A stretch of DNA of 64,000 nucleotides from an uncultured Clostridia bacterium (lineage in GTDB: Bacteria > Bacillota > Clostridia > Christensenellales > CAG-138), in the NCBI GenBank assembly GCA_946411635.1, contig CAMKES010000002.1, forward strand, positions 46,566-110,565, given 5' to 3'. The first letter of the stretch is position 1, and the number at the start of each line of letters is the position of its first letter. Below are positions 1-9,529 of the stretch, piece by piece. The position numbers and the translations under genes were made by a program. The notes below the pieces were generated by a model. It searched no databases and had not been told where the DNA came from. It saw nothing but the letters and a program-made list of their open reading frames with translations.

Positions 1-1259
1 CCCGTGATCATATTTGCGATCTCCGCCGCGTCCAGCCGGACCAGGACGGAGCCGCCGTTTTGCATGGATTTCATATTTGCGGCGCCGTTTTGGATCTCCT
101 CGTCGCCGATGACGAGCGTATACTGCGCGCCGGTCTTATCCGCATACTTCATCTGCGCCTTGACGCTGCGGTCCATCAGATCGACGTCGACCGAAACGCC
201 GAGCGCTCTGAGTTCCCTCGCCAGCATGAAGCACTTGTCCTTTGCTTCCCTGCCGAGTCCGATCAGCATGACCTGGTACCGCACGGGCTTCGGAATGCTG
301 ACGCCGAGCTGATCCATGATGAGCAGCAGACGCTCCATGCCGAGGCCGAAGCCGACCGCAGGCATTTCGGGCCCGCCGAGCTCCTTGATGAGCCCGTCGT
401 AGCGTCCGCCGCCGCAGAGCGTGCCCTGCGCGCCGGGCATGCCGGACACGATCTCGAATACGGTCTTGGTGTAATAATCGAGGCCGCGAACGAGCATCGG
501 ATCGATCTCGTAGCGAATGCCCGCAAGATCCAGAAGGCGCATCAGCTCTTCCATGTGCGCGCGGCAGTCGTCGCAGACGTAGTCCATCGTGTGCGGCGCG
601 TTTTTGACGATCTCTTTGCAGGTATCGACCTTGCAGTCGAGGATGCGCAGCGGATTCGTTTCGAAGCGGCCGCGGCAGGTCTCGCAAAGCTCGTCGAGCC
701 GTCCGCCGAGGTATTCCTTCAGCGCCTGCTGATAGCGGTCGCGGCATTTCGGACAGCCGATGCTGTTCAGTTTGATCGTGAGATCGGAGCAGCCGAGCGT
801 TTCGAAGATCTCGGACGCGATCGATATGACCTCCGCGTCCGCCGCGGGACTCGGGGAACCGAAGATCTCCACGCCGAACTGGTGATGCTCGCGCAGTCTC
901 CCCGCCTGCGGGCGTTCATAACGGAACACCGGGCAGTAAAGATAGAACATTTTGGTCGGCTGCGCTTCGGAGTACAGCCCGTTCTCGACGAACATGCGGA
1001 CTGCGCCCGCCGTGCCTTCCGGCTTCAGCGTGATGCTGCGGTCGCCCTTGTCGGTGAACGTGTACATCTCCTTCTGCACGATGTCGGTCGTATCGCCCAC
1101 GCCGCGCAGGAACAGTTCGGTATGCTCGATGCACGGGGTGCGCGCTTCGAGAAGGCCGTACTTCCTGACGATCGCACGGATCGTGCGTTCCAGATACTGC
1201 CAGCGATAGCTCTCCTCCGGGAGAACGTCCTTTGTGCCTTTCGGCGCTTTGTATGCCAT
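1..1259 (-). CDS. hisS: histidine--tRNA ligase (C-terminal end lies outside window)
   Basis: Absent from the ORF track because no stop lies inside the window. Manual minus-strand translation from ATG 1257-1259 gives MAYKAPKGTKDVLPEESYRWQYLERTIRAIVRKYGLLEARTPCIEHTELF...YCPVFRYERPQAGRLREHHQFGVEIFG, with class II HisRS motifs. AGGAGG at 1265-1270. T-box leader upstream. Confidence 0.9.
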   Translation of the reverse strand, partial: MAYKAPKGTKDVLPEESYRWQYLERTIRAIVRKYGLLEARTPCIEHTELFLRGVGDTTDIVQKEMYTFTDKGDRSITLKPEGTAGAVRMFVENGLYSEAQPTKMFYLYCPVFRYERPQAGRLREHHQFGVEIFGSPSPAADAEVISIASEIFETLGCSDLTIKLNSIGCPKCRDRYQQALKEYLGGRLDELCETCRGRFETNPLRILDCKVDTCKEIVKNAPHTMDYVCDDCRAHMEELMRLLDLAGIRYEIDPMLVRGLDYYTKTVFEIVSGMPGAQGTLCGGGRYDGLIKELGGPEMPAVGFGLGMERLLLIMDQLGVSIPKPVRYQVMLIGLGREAKDKCFMLARELRALGVSVDVDLMDRSVKAQMKYADKTGAQYTLVIGDEEIQNGAANMKSMQNGGSVLVRLDAAEIANMIT

Positions 1260-1273
1260 AGTTGCCTCCTATG

Positions 1274-1504
1274 AAAAAATCGCGGTCTTTCGCCCAAGTA
1301 GGGACGGAAGGACCGCGGTGCCACCCTGATTCGCAGAAAACCTCTGCGCGCTCTTCCCCGATAACGAAGGGTCTCCGGCGTGCCTTTTTCTTCCGGCACA
1401 CAGCTACGCGGATGTCCTTCCCCGCCGTTTCTCCGCGCGTCTCTCAGCCGTGGACGCACTCTCTTCGGGACAATGCAGCGGGTACTCTTCCGTTCAAACG
1501 CTTT
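1274..1504 (-). promoter_or_regulatory. T-box riboswitch leader with terminator/antiterminator
   Basis: Minus strand shows an AGAGAG bulge, a GGCUGAGAG distal-loop motif and an S-turn AGUA/GAA. The T-box sequence AAUCAGGGUGGCACCGCG lies at 1314-1331. It overlaps the terminator stem GACCGCG (1311-1317)/CGCGGUC (1281-1287), which is followed by a U-run (1274-1280). Confidence 0.85.
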
Positions 1505-1510
1505 GCGCTT

Positions 1511-1538
1511 ATTATACCATGCAATACGGGCTTGTCAA
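1511..1538 (-). promoter_or_regulatory. sigma-A type promoter for the hisS leader
   Basis: Minus strand TTGACA (1533-1538), 16-nt spacer, TGgTATAAT (-10 at 1511-1516). Confidence 0.7.
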
Positions 1539-1544
1539 GCAAAA

Positions 1545-2987
1545 TCAAAGTAAAAACATCGCGCGTTTCTGCCGGTCCAGCAGATCGAGTTTTGCGCCGT
1601 ACGTCGGAACGTCCTTCGGGTTCGGAATGCGCTCGACGCGGTTCTGTCCGAAGAAGACGCGCTTCGTCATGGCGCCCGCGCCGTGGGCGAGGATCGACGT
1701 CGTCTCCTCCATCATGTCCACGTTGTAGACGCAGAGCTTTCCCGCCGCCGCATAGCCGACGTTCTCGAGATTGCCGTTCTGATACTTCTGCCGGTACATG
1801 TAGTACGGCCAGAGCCCGATCTCCTTCGCCGCCGTAAAGCCCATGTCGATCATCGTCTCCACATCCTCGCGCGAAGGCAGCGGATAGCGGTCGAGCTGTT
1901 CCTTGAGCCGGCTCGAGCGCTTGATCGCAAGCGTATGGATCGTGAGATTGTCGGGCTGAAGCGCTTTGATCCCGTTCAGCGTGCGTTCGAAATCCGCAAC
2001 GGTCTCGCCCGGAAGACCGGCGATCAGGTCCATATTGATCGAGGAGAACCCCATCGAACGTGCCAGCGCGAAGGCGTCCCGGATCTGTGCCGCGGTGTGC
2101 GCCCGTCCGATGCGGCGCAGCGTTTCATCCGACATCGTCTGCGGATTGATCGAAATGCGTTCCACGCCGTGATCGCGCAAAACGGCAAGCTTTTCCTTTG
2201 TGATCGTATCCGGTCTGCCCGCCTCGACGGTGCATTCCGCGCCGAAGCCGCCGTACTGCGTGCAGAGATGCGTCATGAGCGCGTCGAGCTGCTCCGCGGA
2301 GAGCACGGTCGGCGTTCCGCCGCCGAGATACGACGCACGGACGTGATATCCGCCGTCGCGAACGAGCCGCGCGCCGTTTTCGATATCGCGGAACAGGAAC
2401 GGAAGATACTCTTCGATCGCGTTCGCTTTCGCGATCTCCGCGCCGAACGAGCAATAGAGACAGCGCGTTTTGCAGTAGGGAATGCCGACGTACACGTCGA
2501 CGTCGTTCTCCCGCACCGATTCGAGGATCGGTTTCTGCACCGCGTTGATCGTTGCGGCAAGGCGCAGCTTATCGATGCGCACGGAGAACACGTCGCGGAA
2601 CTGCCGCACGGCCTCTTCCTCCCCGACGCGCCCGCACAGTTCGCGCAGAAGCTTCGTCGGACGGATGCCGGTCAGACTGCCCCACGGCATTTCGGTCGGA
2701 CGGATCCGCTGCATCAGCGCGTAGACGGCGCGTTTCAGCGCGCGCTTCTCCTGCCGCTTCCCGTCGAGCGGATCGGCTGCATCAACGTCGTACGCAACCG
2801 TGACCGGCTCGCCGTCCGGTTCCGTCTGCGCGGCAGCGGTCTTCGTTTCCCGATCGAGCGCTGTTCGGATCGTCAGCTCCGTTTCGGGCGTTTCATCGGG
2901 CGTAACGGGAACGAGGCCGAGAAACATGCGGATCTCCTCGGCGATATCGTTTGCGTATTGCGGTGTGTCGGTAATCAGTCGTACCAC
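1545..2987 (-). CDS. hemZ: radical SAM coproporphyrinogen dehydrogenase-like protein (HemZ/HemN family)
   Basis: 480 aa. Contains the CxxxCxxC motif IPYCKTRCLYCSF. N-terminal region and length fit HemZ-type proteins. Position between the MBL hydrolase and hisS is conserved. Confidence 0.8.
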   Translation of the reverse strand: MVRLITDTPQYANDIAEEIRMFLGLVPVTPDETPETELTIRTALDRETKTAAAQTEPDGEPVTVAYDVDAADPLDGKRQEKRALKRAVYALMQRIRPTEMPWGSLTGIRPTKLLRELCGRVGEEEAVRQFRDVFSVRIDKLRLAATINAVQKPILESVRENDVDVYVGIPYCKTRCLYCSFGAEIAKANAIEEYLPFLFRDIENGARLVRDGGYHVRASYLGGGTPTVLSAEQLDALMTHLCTQYGGFGAECTVEAGRPDTITKEKLAVLRDHGVERISINPQTMSDETLRRIGRAHTAAQIRDAFALARSMGFSSINMDLIAGLPGETVADFERTLNGIKALQPDNLTIHTLAIKRSSRLKEQLDRYPLPSREDVETMIDMGFTAAKEIGLWPYYMYRQKYQNGNLENVGYAAAGKLCVYNVDMMEETTSILAHGAGAMTKRVFFGQNRVERIPNPKDVPTYGAKLDLLDRQKRAMFLL

Positions 2988-3619
2988 TGGCTGCCCTCAA
3001 AATGGATCGGATTGGACCTGCGTTCGCGCCCGACCGTGGTCGCTTCGTCGTGTCCCGGATACAGCCGGTAATCGTCCGGCAGCGCAAACAGAACGTTTTT
3101 GATCGAATCGATCAGTTCGGAAAGATCGCCGGTCGGCAGATCATACCGCCCGAATCCGTCCGCGAACAGCGTATCACCTACGAACGCGCAGCGCTCGTCG
3201 TCGCAGACGAACGTGACGCCGCCTTCGGTGTGACCGGGCGTCGCAAGCACGCGGAAGGTCAGTCCCGCCGCCGTAAAGACGTCCCCGTCGTTCAGGAGCA
3301 CGTCCGGCTCGACCGGCTCAAGCGCGATCCGCTGCATCATGGACAGGCTGATCAGATTGCTCTTCAGCCCTGCCGCATCCTTTTCGGAAATAAAAACCTT
3401 GGCGCCGGTCGCCCGTTTCAGTGCGGCGACGCCCAGAAGATGATCGAAGTGCCGGTGCGTAATCAGGATGTCGGAAAGCATCCAGCCGTGTTCCTTCAGG
3501 ACCGTCAGCGCAAGATTCGCGTCCGACGGGTCGATGACCGCGACGGTGTCGGCGCCGTCCTTCCCGACGAATATCATATTCGCCATGACCGGACCGCAGG
3601 GATAAATCTCAAGCAGCAT
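2975..3619 (-). CDS. MBL-fold metallo-hydrolase
   Basis: 214 aa. HxHxDH motif ITHRHFDHLLG, later TPGHTEGG and PGHD. Overlaps the hemZ start by 13 nt. Confidence 0.85.
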   Translation of the reverse strand: MLLEIYPCGPVMANMIFVGKDGADTVAVIDPSDANLALTVLKEHGWMLSDILITHRHFDHLLGVAALKRATGAKVFISEKDAAGLKSNLISLSMMQRIALEPVEPDVLLNDGDVFTAAGLTFRVLATPGHTEGGVTFVCDDERCAFVGDTLFADGFGRYDLPTGDLSELIDSIKNVLFALPDDYRLYPGHDEATTVGRERRSNPIHFEGSQWYD

Positions 3620-3620
3620 T

Positions 3621-4067
3621 TCAGAATCCTTTCCCGGAGTCGAGCAGGATCGTAAACGGACCGTCGTTTACGATCGTGACCTTCATATCCGCGCCGAACC
3701 GCCCCGTTTCGACGGGGACGGCGGCTTTCAGCCGTTCGATACAGCGTTCGTAAAGCGGGATCGCCTGTTCCGGTCTCGCCGCAAAGATGTAGCTCGGGCG
3801 TCTGCCCTTTCGCGCGTCGCCGAGCAGCGTGAATTGCGAGATCAGAAGGATCGCTCCGCCGGTCTCGGTGACCGAACGGTTCGGAACGCCGTTTTCGTCG
3901 TCGAAGATGCGAAGCCCGAGAAGCTTGTCCGCAAGATAATCCGCGTCGGAGGCCGTGTCGTCGACCGACACGCCCAAAAGAACGCAGAGACCGTTTTTGA
4001 TTGCGCCGACCGTTTCGCCGTCGATCCTGACCGAAGCCTCGGTCACGCGCTGTACCACTGCACGCAT
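3621..4067 (-). CDS. dtd: D-aminoacyl-tRNA deacylase
   Basis: 148 aa, MRAVVQRVTEASVRIDGETVGAIKNGLCVLLGV...SQFTLLGD...GRRPSY. Typical Dtd sequence and size. Confidence 0.92.
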   Translation of the reverse strand: MRAVVQRVTEASVRIDGETVGAIKNGLCVLLGVSVDDTASDADYLADKLLGLRIFDDENGVPNRSVTETGGAILLISQFTLLGDARKGRRPSYIFAARPEQAIPLYERCIERLKAAVPVETGRFGADMKVTIVNDGPFTILLDSGKGF

Positions 4068-4077
4068 GGCTGCCTCC

Positions 4078-6252
4078 TCAGACGCGGAACACGTCCACGA
4101 CCTGTTTGATCTTTTTGAGATTGGAAATGATGACGTCGAGCTGTTCCGCGCCCGCGACCGTGCAGGTGATCTCCATCGCCGCGTAGCCGTCCTCGGTCGA
4201 ACGGCTCGAAAGGTTTGTCATATTGACGTTCAGGCCGAGCAGCACCTTCGACACCTCCATGAGCGAACCGGGCTGGTCCTCGATGAAAACGCGGATCGTT
4301 GCGCTGAAGTTCGTGCGCGCATCGAGCGCCCATTCGACCTCGATCATGCGTTCCGATTCCTTCATCAGGCTCTCAAGGTTCTTGCAGTCCGCGCGATGCA
4401 CGGACACGCCCCTGCCGCGCGTGATGTAACCGACGATCGGATCGCCGGGCAGGGGATTGCAACAATTGCCGAAGAATACGGCCATGCCGGGGTCTCCGTG
4501 TACGATGATCCCTTTCGGATTCGCCTTGCGCTGCGGCTTCTTCGCCGGCTCTTGTCCCGCATCCTCCAGTTTTTTCTGCAGCTCGTCGAGACGCTCCTCC
4601 TTGCGGTGCAGATCGATCAGCTTGTGCAGGACCTGCCCTGCCGAAACGCCGCCGAAGCCGATCGCGGAATACAGATCCTCGACCGACGCGAGATTGTGGC
4701 GCTTGAGCACCTCGTTCACGTATTCCGGCTTCATCAGGATCGCAAGGCTCTGCGCGTGGCGCTTCGCCGTTTCCTCGAGCATCTCGCGTCCGCGCTGGAT
4801 GTTTTCCTCGCGGTTCTCATGCTTGAACCATTGCCGGATCTTGTTCTTCGCCGACTGCGTCTTGACGATCGAAAGCCAGTCGCGGCTCGGTCCCGCCTGC
4901 GAATTGGACGTGATGATCTCGACGACGTCGTTCGTCTTGAGTTTATAATCGAGCCGCACGACGTTTCCGTTGACGCGCGCGTGCTGGCAGTGATGTCCGA
5001 TGTTCGTGTGGATGCGGTACGCGAAGTCGAGCGGCGTCGAACCGACGGGCAGATCGATGATCTCACCCTGCGGCGTCAGCACGAAGACGTACTCGCCCAG
5101 GAAGTCCTTCAGGATGTTGTCGACAAATTCCTTGCTGTCTTCGGTCGTTTCGTCCGCTTCCAGCACCTGCCGGAGCCACGAGGTCTTTTTGTCGAGCTCC
5201 GTCATCGATTTGCGGCCTTCCTTGTACATCCAGTGCGCCGCGATGCCGTATTCCGCGGTCGCATGCATCTCCTTCGTGCGGATCTGCACCTCGAACGGAA
5301 TGCCGTGCTCGTCCATGACCGTCGTGTGCAGCGAGCGGTACAGGTTCGGCTTCGGCATGGCGATATAATCTTTAAAGCGTCCGGGAAGCGGCTTCCACGT
5401 GGCGTGGACGACGCCGAGCGCGGCGTAGCAGTCCGTCACGGTATCCACGATGATGCGGATCGCGATCAGGTCGTACAGCTCGTGCAGCGTGCAGTTGTTG
5501 CGCTGCATCTTGCGATACGAGGAATACAGGTGCTTCGGACGGCCGGAAACGCTGCCTTCGATGTTCGCTTCCCTGAGAAGCGTTTTCATCTTTTCCATGG
5601 CGCTGCTCAAAAGCTCGAGCCGCTCCTTCTGCTGCACGTCGACCTGCGCTTTGATGTTTTCATATTCCTCGGGCATCAGATACCGGAAGGACAGGTCTTC
5701 GAGTTCGCTGCGGATCGCGCCCATGCCGAAGCGGTGCGCGAGCGGCGCGTAGACTTCCAGCGTTTCACGGGATTTCTTGATCTGCTTCTGCGGCGAACAG
5801 ACATCGATCGTGCGCATGTTGTGCAGACGGTCCGCGAGCTTGATGATGACGACGCGAACGTCCTCCGCGATCGCAAGGAACAGTTTCCGGAGGTTCTCGG
5901 TCTGTTCCTGTTTTTTGGTGACGTAGGTCTGTTTGCCGGATTTGGTGAGCTTCGTAACGCCGTCGACAAGGAACGCGATCTCCTTGCCGAACATTCGTTC
6001 GATGTCCTCGATCTGAACGTTGTCGCCGTCCTCGACCGTATCGTGCAATACGCCCGCGATGACGGTCGGCGCGTCCATCCCCATATCGAGAAGATAGGAC
6101 GCGACGTTCAGCGGATGCGAAAGAAACGGCGATCCGTCGTCACGCTTCTGATTGCAGTGCACGCGCGCCGCAAACGACACGGCCTGACGCATGATCTCCG
6201 CCTGCTCTTCGCCGAAGCGTTCGGTAAACAAGGCGATCAGTCTTTCTTCCAT
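4078..6252 (-). CDS. rel: bifunctional (p)ppGpp synthetase/hydrolase (RelA/SpoT family)
   Basis: 724 aa. HD hydrolase region (HPLNVA...LHDTVEDG), synthetase region (YRSLHTTV), TGS domain and C-terminal ACT-like domain. Confidence 0.95.
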   Translation of the reverse strand: MEERLIALFTERFGEEQAEIMRQAVSFAARVHCNQKRDDGSPFLSHPLNVASYLLDMGMDAPTVIAGVLHDTVEDGDNVQIEDIERMFGKEIAFLVDGVTKLTKSGKQTYVTKKQEQTENLRKLFLAIAEDVRVVIIKLADRLHNMRTIDVCSPQKQIKKSRETLEVYAPLAHRFGMGAIRSELEDLSFRYLMPEEYENIKAQVDVQQKERLELLSSAMEKMKTLLREANIEGSVSGRPKHLYSSYRKMQRNNCTLHELYDLIAIRIIVDTVTDCYAALGVVHATWKPLPGRFKDYIAMPKPNLYRSLHTTVMDEHGIPFEVQIRTKEMHATAEYGIAAHWMYKEGRKSMTELDKKTSWLRQVLEADETTEDSKEFVDNILKDFLGEYVFVLTPQGEIIDLPVGSTPLDFAYRIHTNIGHHCQHARVNGNVVRLDYKLKTNDVVEIITSNSQAGPSRDWLSIVKTQSAKNKIRQWFKHENREENIQRGREMLEETAKRHAQSLAILMKPEYVNEVLKRHNLASVEDLYSAIGFGGVSAGQVLHKLIDLHRKEERLDELQKKLEDAGQEPAKKPQRKANPKGIIVHGDPGMAVFFGNCCNPLPGDPIVGYITRGRGVSVHRADCKNLESLMKESERMIEVEWALDARTNFSATIRVFIEDQPGSLMEVSKVLLGLNVNMTNLSSRSTEDGYAAMEITCTVAGAEQLDVIISNLKKIKQVVDVFRV

Positions 6253-6285
6253 GTGCGTCCTCCTTTCCCTGTTAACTGTTATATT

Positions 6286-8262
6286 CTACTCCAAACAGAG
6301 GAGCGGATACAAGGGGGCATTTTGAATTTGTTTCTTTTCCCGCACGGTTTCCGCAAAAAACAGTCCGTTTGCGTACCGGACGACGCCGATCTCGAGCAGG
6401 ATCAGCAGCGCGGTCTGCTCCGTTTCGGACAGGCACGTCCGAAGCGTCCCGCGGGAAAGCCGCGGCAGAAGCGCACGGTACGCGTCGCGCACCTCCGTCT
6501 CCGTGATCTTCGGAAGCGCGGAAAGCACGGCGGGCTTCGGAAGCGGCGCGCGGTCCCGTTCCGCGCGGATGCATGCGGAAACGGCCTTGTCGAACGCGTC
6601 GCCGACCGGACGCACCAGCGCTTCCGCACGAACGGAAACCTCCGGTTTCCCGAGATACGAACCGAGTTCGACCGTAACGAACGCCCTTCCGTCCGGCATC
6701 GCGTTCCAGTCCGCATAGCGATCGCCGGCTCCGAACGACACGATCCGCACCGCGGCAGACGCGTCGGACAGTTTCGCGCCGAGGTGGTTCCCGTCCTTTC
6801 CCATCGTCCGGACGGCGGAAAGCGATCCCTCGATCAAAAACAGCGGCGCGCGATTCTCCTCGCCGAACGGAGACAGATACGTCAGCTCCTTTGCAAACTG
6901 CACCGTGATCTCCGGGAGCTCGAGCCGATCCTCGTACGTGCGCGTTTCCTCGGGAAGCCCGGCGGGGAACGCGCGAAAAACGTCTTCGCAGAGCGCGGCG
7001 CGCATTGCCTCGAACCGATCCGGTTCGAGCGTCGCGCCGGCTGCAAGTCTGTGTCCGCCGAAGCGAACGAAGCATGCCTTATGCCGCGACAGGAGCGCGA
7101 ACAGATCAACGGCGGGCACGCTTCGGCCGGAGCCGATCAGATACCCGTTGACTTCGGAAAACAGCAGGACCGGACAGCGGTACCGCTCCAGGAGGCGCGC
7201 GGCGACGATCCCCGTCACGCCGGTGTTCCAGTCCGTTCCGCGCAGCACGAGGATCCGCGGTTCGGGCTCGTCGATCTGCGATTCCGCCTCCTTCATGATC
7301 CGCTGTTCCTCGGCGCGGCGGCGGACGTTTTCGCTTTCCAGTTCCGCGGCAAGCGCACGCCGCTCCGCTTCGTCCCCGGAAAGGAGCAAACGGACCGCGC
7401 GCGTCGCGTCGCCCATGCGGCCGGCCGCGTTGATCCGCGGCGCGAGCACGAACGAAAGCGTCGCTTCGCCGGAGAGTTCACGGATCCCCGCGGCGTCCAG
7501 CAGCGCGGACAATCCCGGCTGCATCGAAACGAGCGGCAATCCTTTCTTGACGATCGTGCGGTTGACCGCATGAAGCGGAACGACGTCCGCCATCGTTGCG
7601 AGCGCGGCGATCGGCAGATACGGACCGATCGGGCATCCCAGCGCGGCGGCAAGAAGCATTGCGACCGATGCGCCGCACAGACTTCCGAGCGCGGGATCCT
7701 GATCCGCTCTCGACGCGCATACGACCGCGCATGCGTCGGGCAGCGTTTCATGACAGCGGTGATGGTCGGTCACGACCGTATCGACGCCGTTTTCGTTTGC
7801 GTACGCGATCTCCGCGTGCGCCGAGATCCCGTTGTCCACGGTCACGATCAGCCGTACGCCGTCGCGCCGCATGGCGTCGACAGCGGAACCGTTCAGTCCG
7901 TATCCCTCGCCGAATCTCGTCGGAAGCAGATACGTGACGTCCGCACCGAGCCGGGTCAGCGCGTCGGTCAGGATCGCCGTGGCGCAGACGCCGTCGGTAT
8001 CGTAATCGCCGTATACGCAGACGCGCTCCCCCGCCTCGATCGCGGCGCGGATACGCGCGGCCGCGCGGTCCATGTCCGCAAGCGAAAACGGATCGGGCAG
8101 ATCCTGCGATTCCGGATGCAGATATGCCGTGATCGCGGCGTCGTCAACGAGACCACGCCGCACGAGCATGGCGGCGAAGGGTCGCGTGAACCCGAACCGG
8201 TTTTGAAGATCGGCGACGATCCGTTCGGAAACGGCGCCGTCCGCGCGTTTTTCAAATCGCAT
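6286..8262 (-). CDS. recJ: single-stranded-DNA-specific exonuclease RecJ
   Basis: 658 aa. DHH motifs VYGDYDTDGVCA and VVTDHH, DHHA1-like GGHRLAAG. No obvious SD before the ATG. Confidence 0.9.
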   Translation of the reverse strand: MRFEKRADGAVSERIVADLQNRFGFTRPFAAMLVRRGLVDDAAITAYLHPESQDLPDPFSLADMDRAAARIRAAIEAGERVCVYGDYDTDGVCATAILTDALTRLGADVTYLLPTRFGEGYGLNGSAVDAMRRDGVRLIVTVDNGISAHAEIAYANENGVDTVVTDHHRCHETLPDACAVVCASRADQDPALGSLCGASVAMLLAAALGCPIGPYLPIAALATMADVVPLHAVNRTIVKKGLPLVSMQPGLSALLDAAGIRELSGEATLSFVLAPRINAAGRMGDATRAVRLLLSGDEAERRALAAELESENVRRRAEEQRIMKEAESQIDEPEPRILVLRGTDWNTGVTGIVAARLLERYRCPVLLFSEVNGYLIGSGRSVPAVDLFALLSRHKACFVRFGGHRLAAGATLEPDRFEAMRAALCEDVFRAFPAGLPEETRTYEDRLELPEITVQFAKELTYLSPFGEENRAPLFLIEGSLSAVRTMGKDGNHLGAKLSDASAAVRIVSFGAGDRYADWNAMPDGRAFVTVELGSYLGKPEVSVRAEALVRPVGDAFDKAVSACIRAERDRAPLPKPAVLSALPKITETEVRDAYRALLPRLSRGTLRTCLSETEQTALLILLEIGVVRYANGLFFAETVREKKQIQNAPLYPLLCLE

Positions 8263-8267
8263 ACGAC

Positions 8268-8300
8268 ATAAAAAGGGCCGCGGAAGACGTTCCGCAGCCC
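8268..8300 (-). terminator. rho-independent terminator after ackA
   Basis: Minus strand GGGCUGCGGAA-CGUC-UUCCGCGGCCC followed by UUUUUAU. Confidence 0.75.
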
Positions 8301-8310
8301 GGTTGCGTTC

Positions 8311-9513
8311 TTACAGCGCGATCGCGGCGGTATCCCTTGCGATCGCAAGCTCTTCGTCGGTCGGAAGGACCATGACGACGACCTTGGAGTCCGGCTTCGA
8401 GAGCACGACCTCTCTGCCGCGCGGGCAGGTGCGGTTCAGCTCGAAATCGAAGTCGATGCCGAGATAGTCCATGTTCTGCATGATCAGCTCGCGCGTCGCC
8501 GCGTCGTTCTCGCCGACGCCCGCCGTGAACACGATGCAGTCCACGCCGTCCATTTCCGCGGAGTAGCCGCCGATCAGGCGCTTGACGCCCTGGGCGAACA
8601 TGTCAAGCGCGAGCGCCGCGCGCTCGTTGCCCTCTTTCTTTGCCGCCCACAGATCGCGGAAGTCGCTGGAAACGCCGGAAACGCCGAGCATGCCGCTCTT
8701 CTTGTTCATCATGGTGTCGATCTCCTTCGGAGACTTTTCCATGCGGTTTACGAGGAACGGAACGATCGCCGGGTCGATGCTGCCGCAACGCGTGCCCATC
8801 GGAAGCCCTTCGAGCGGCGTGAGACCCATCGAGGTGTTGACGCACTTGCCGCCCTTCGAGCAGCTTACGGAGGATCCGTTTCCGAGATGGCAGGAGATCA
8901 CGCGGACGTTCGGGTCGCCGGCTCTGCCGATGCGCTTGATCGCTTCGCCGGTGACGAACATATGCGACGTGCCGTGGAAGCCGTAACGGCGGACCTGGTA
9001 CTGTTCGTAGATCTCATACGGCAGCGCGTAAAGGAAGTTTTTCGGCTCCATGCTCATGCCCCAGGCGGTGTCGAATACGGCGACCATCGGGGTCTCCGGC
9101 ATGACGGCGCGGCAGGCGTTGATGCCCATGAGGTTCGCGGGATTGTGGAGCGGCGCAAGCGGCACGCACTCTTCGATCATCCCGATGACCTCGTCGTCGA
9201 TCAGAACGGACTTCGTGAACTTCGTGCCGCCGTGGACGACGCGGTGACCCACCGCGGCGATGGACTTCATGTCGGAAATGACGCCGATCTTCGGATCGAC
9301 GAGCACGTCGAGCACCATTGCGATCGCGTCCTGATGCGTCGGCATGGGCGCGTCTTTTTCGAGCTTTTCGCCGTTCGTGGGCTTATAGGTCAGCTTGCCG
9401 TCGATGCCGATGCGCTCGCAAAGACCCTTTGCGAGAACGCTCTCGGTGTCGATGTCGATCAGCTGATACTTCAGAGAAGAACTGCCGGCGTTGATAACAA
9501 GAATGGATCTCAT
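8311..9513 (-). CDS. ackA: acetate kinase
   Basis: 400 aa, MRSILVINAGSSSLKYQL..., GFHGTSH, full-length AckA pattern. Lies directly downstream of pta. Confidence 0.95.
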   Translation of the reverse strand: MRSILVINAGSSSLKYQLIDIDTESVLAKGLCERIGIDGKLTYKPTNGEKLEKDAPMPTHQDAIAMVLDVLVDPKIGVISDMKSIAAVGHRVVHGGTKFTKSVLIDDEVIGMIEECVPLAPLHNPANLMGINACRAVMPETPMVAVFDTAWGMSMEPKNFLYALPYEIYEQYQVRRYGFHGTSHMFVTGEAIKRIGRAGDPNVRVISCHLGNGSSVSCSKGGKCVNTSMGLTPLEGLPMGTRCGSIDPAIVPFLVNRMEKSPKEIDTMMNKKSGMLGVSGVSSDFRDLWAAKKEGNERAALALDMFAQGVKRLIGGYSAEMDGVDCIVFTAGVGENDAATRELIMQNMDYLGIDFDFELNRTCPRGREVVLSKPDSKVVVMVLPTDEELAIARDTAAIAL

Positions 9514-9529
9514 CGTCTTTCCTCCGATC

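Noticed and set aside
3955-8271. Very long plus-strand ORF (1438 aa). Similar giants occur at 23664-27200, 13117-15885, 56869-59496, 60-1274, 1683-3071, 44343-45638, 45785-47206 and 61802-63085.
   Set aside because: All lie antisense or out of frame to genes with unmistakable homology (rel/recJ, pot genes, C11 peptidase/gap, feoB, hisS, hemZ, ger genes, polC). Their translations are Arg/Ala/His/Asp-rich low-complexity strings without RBS. These are the classic stop-codon-poor shadow ORFs of about 65% G+C DNA.
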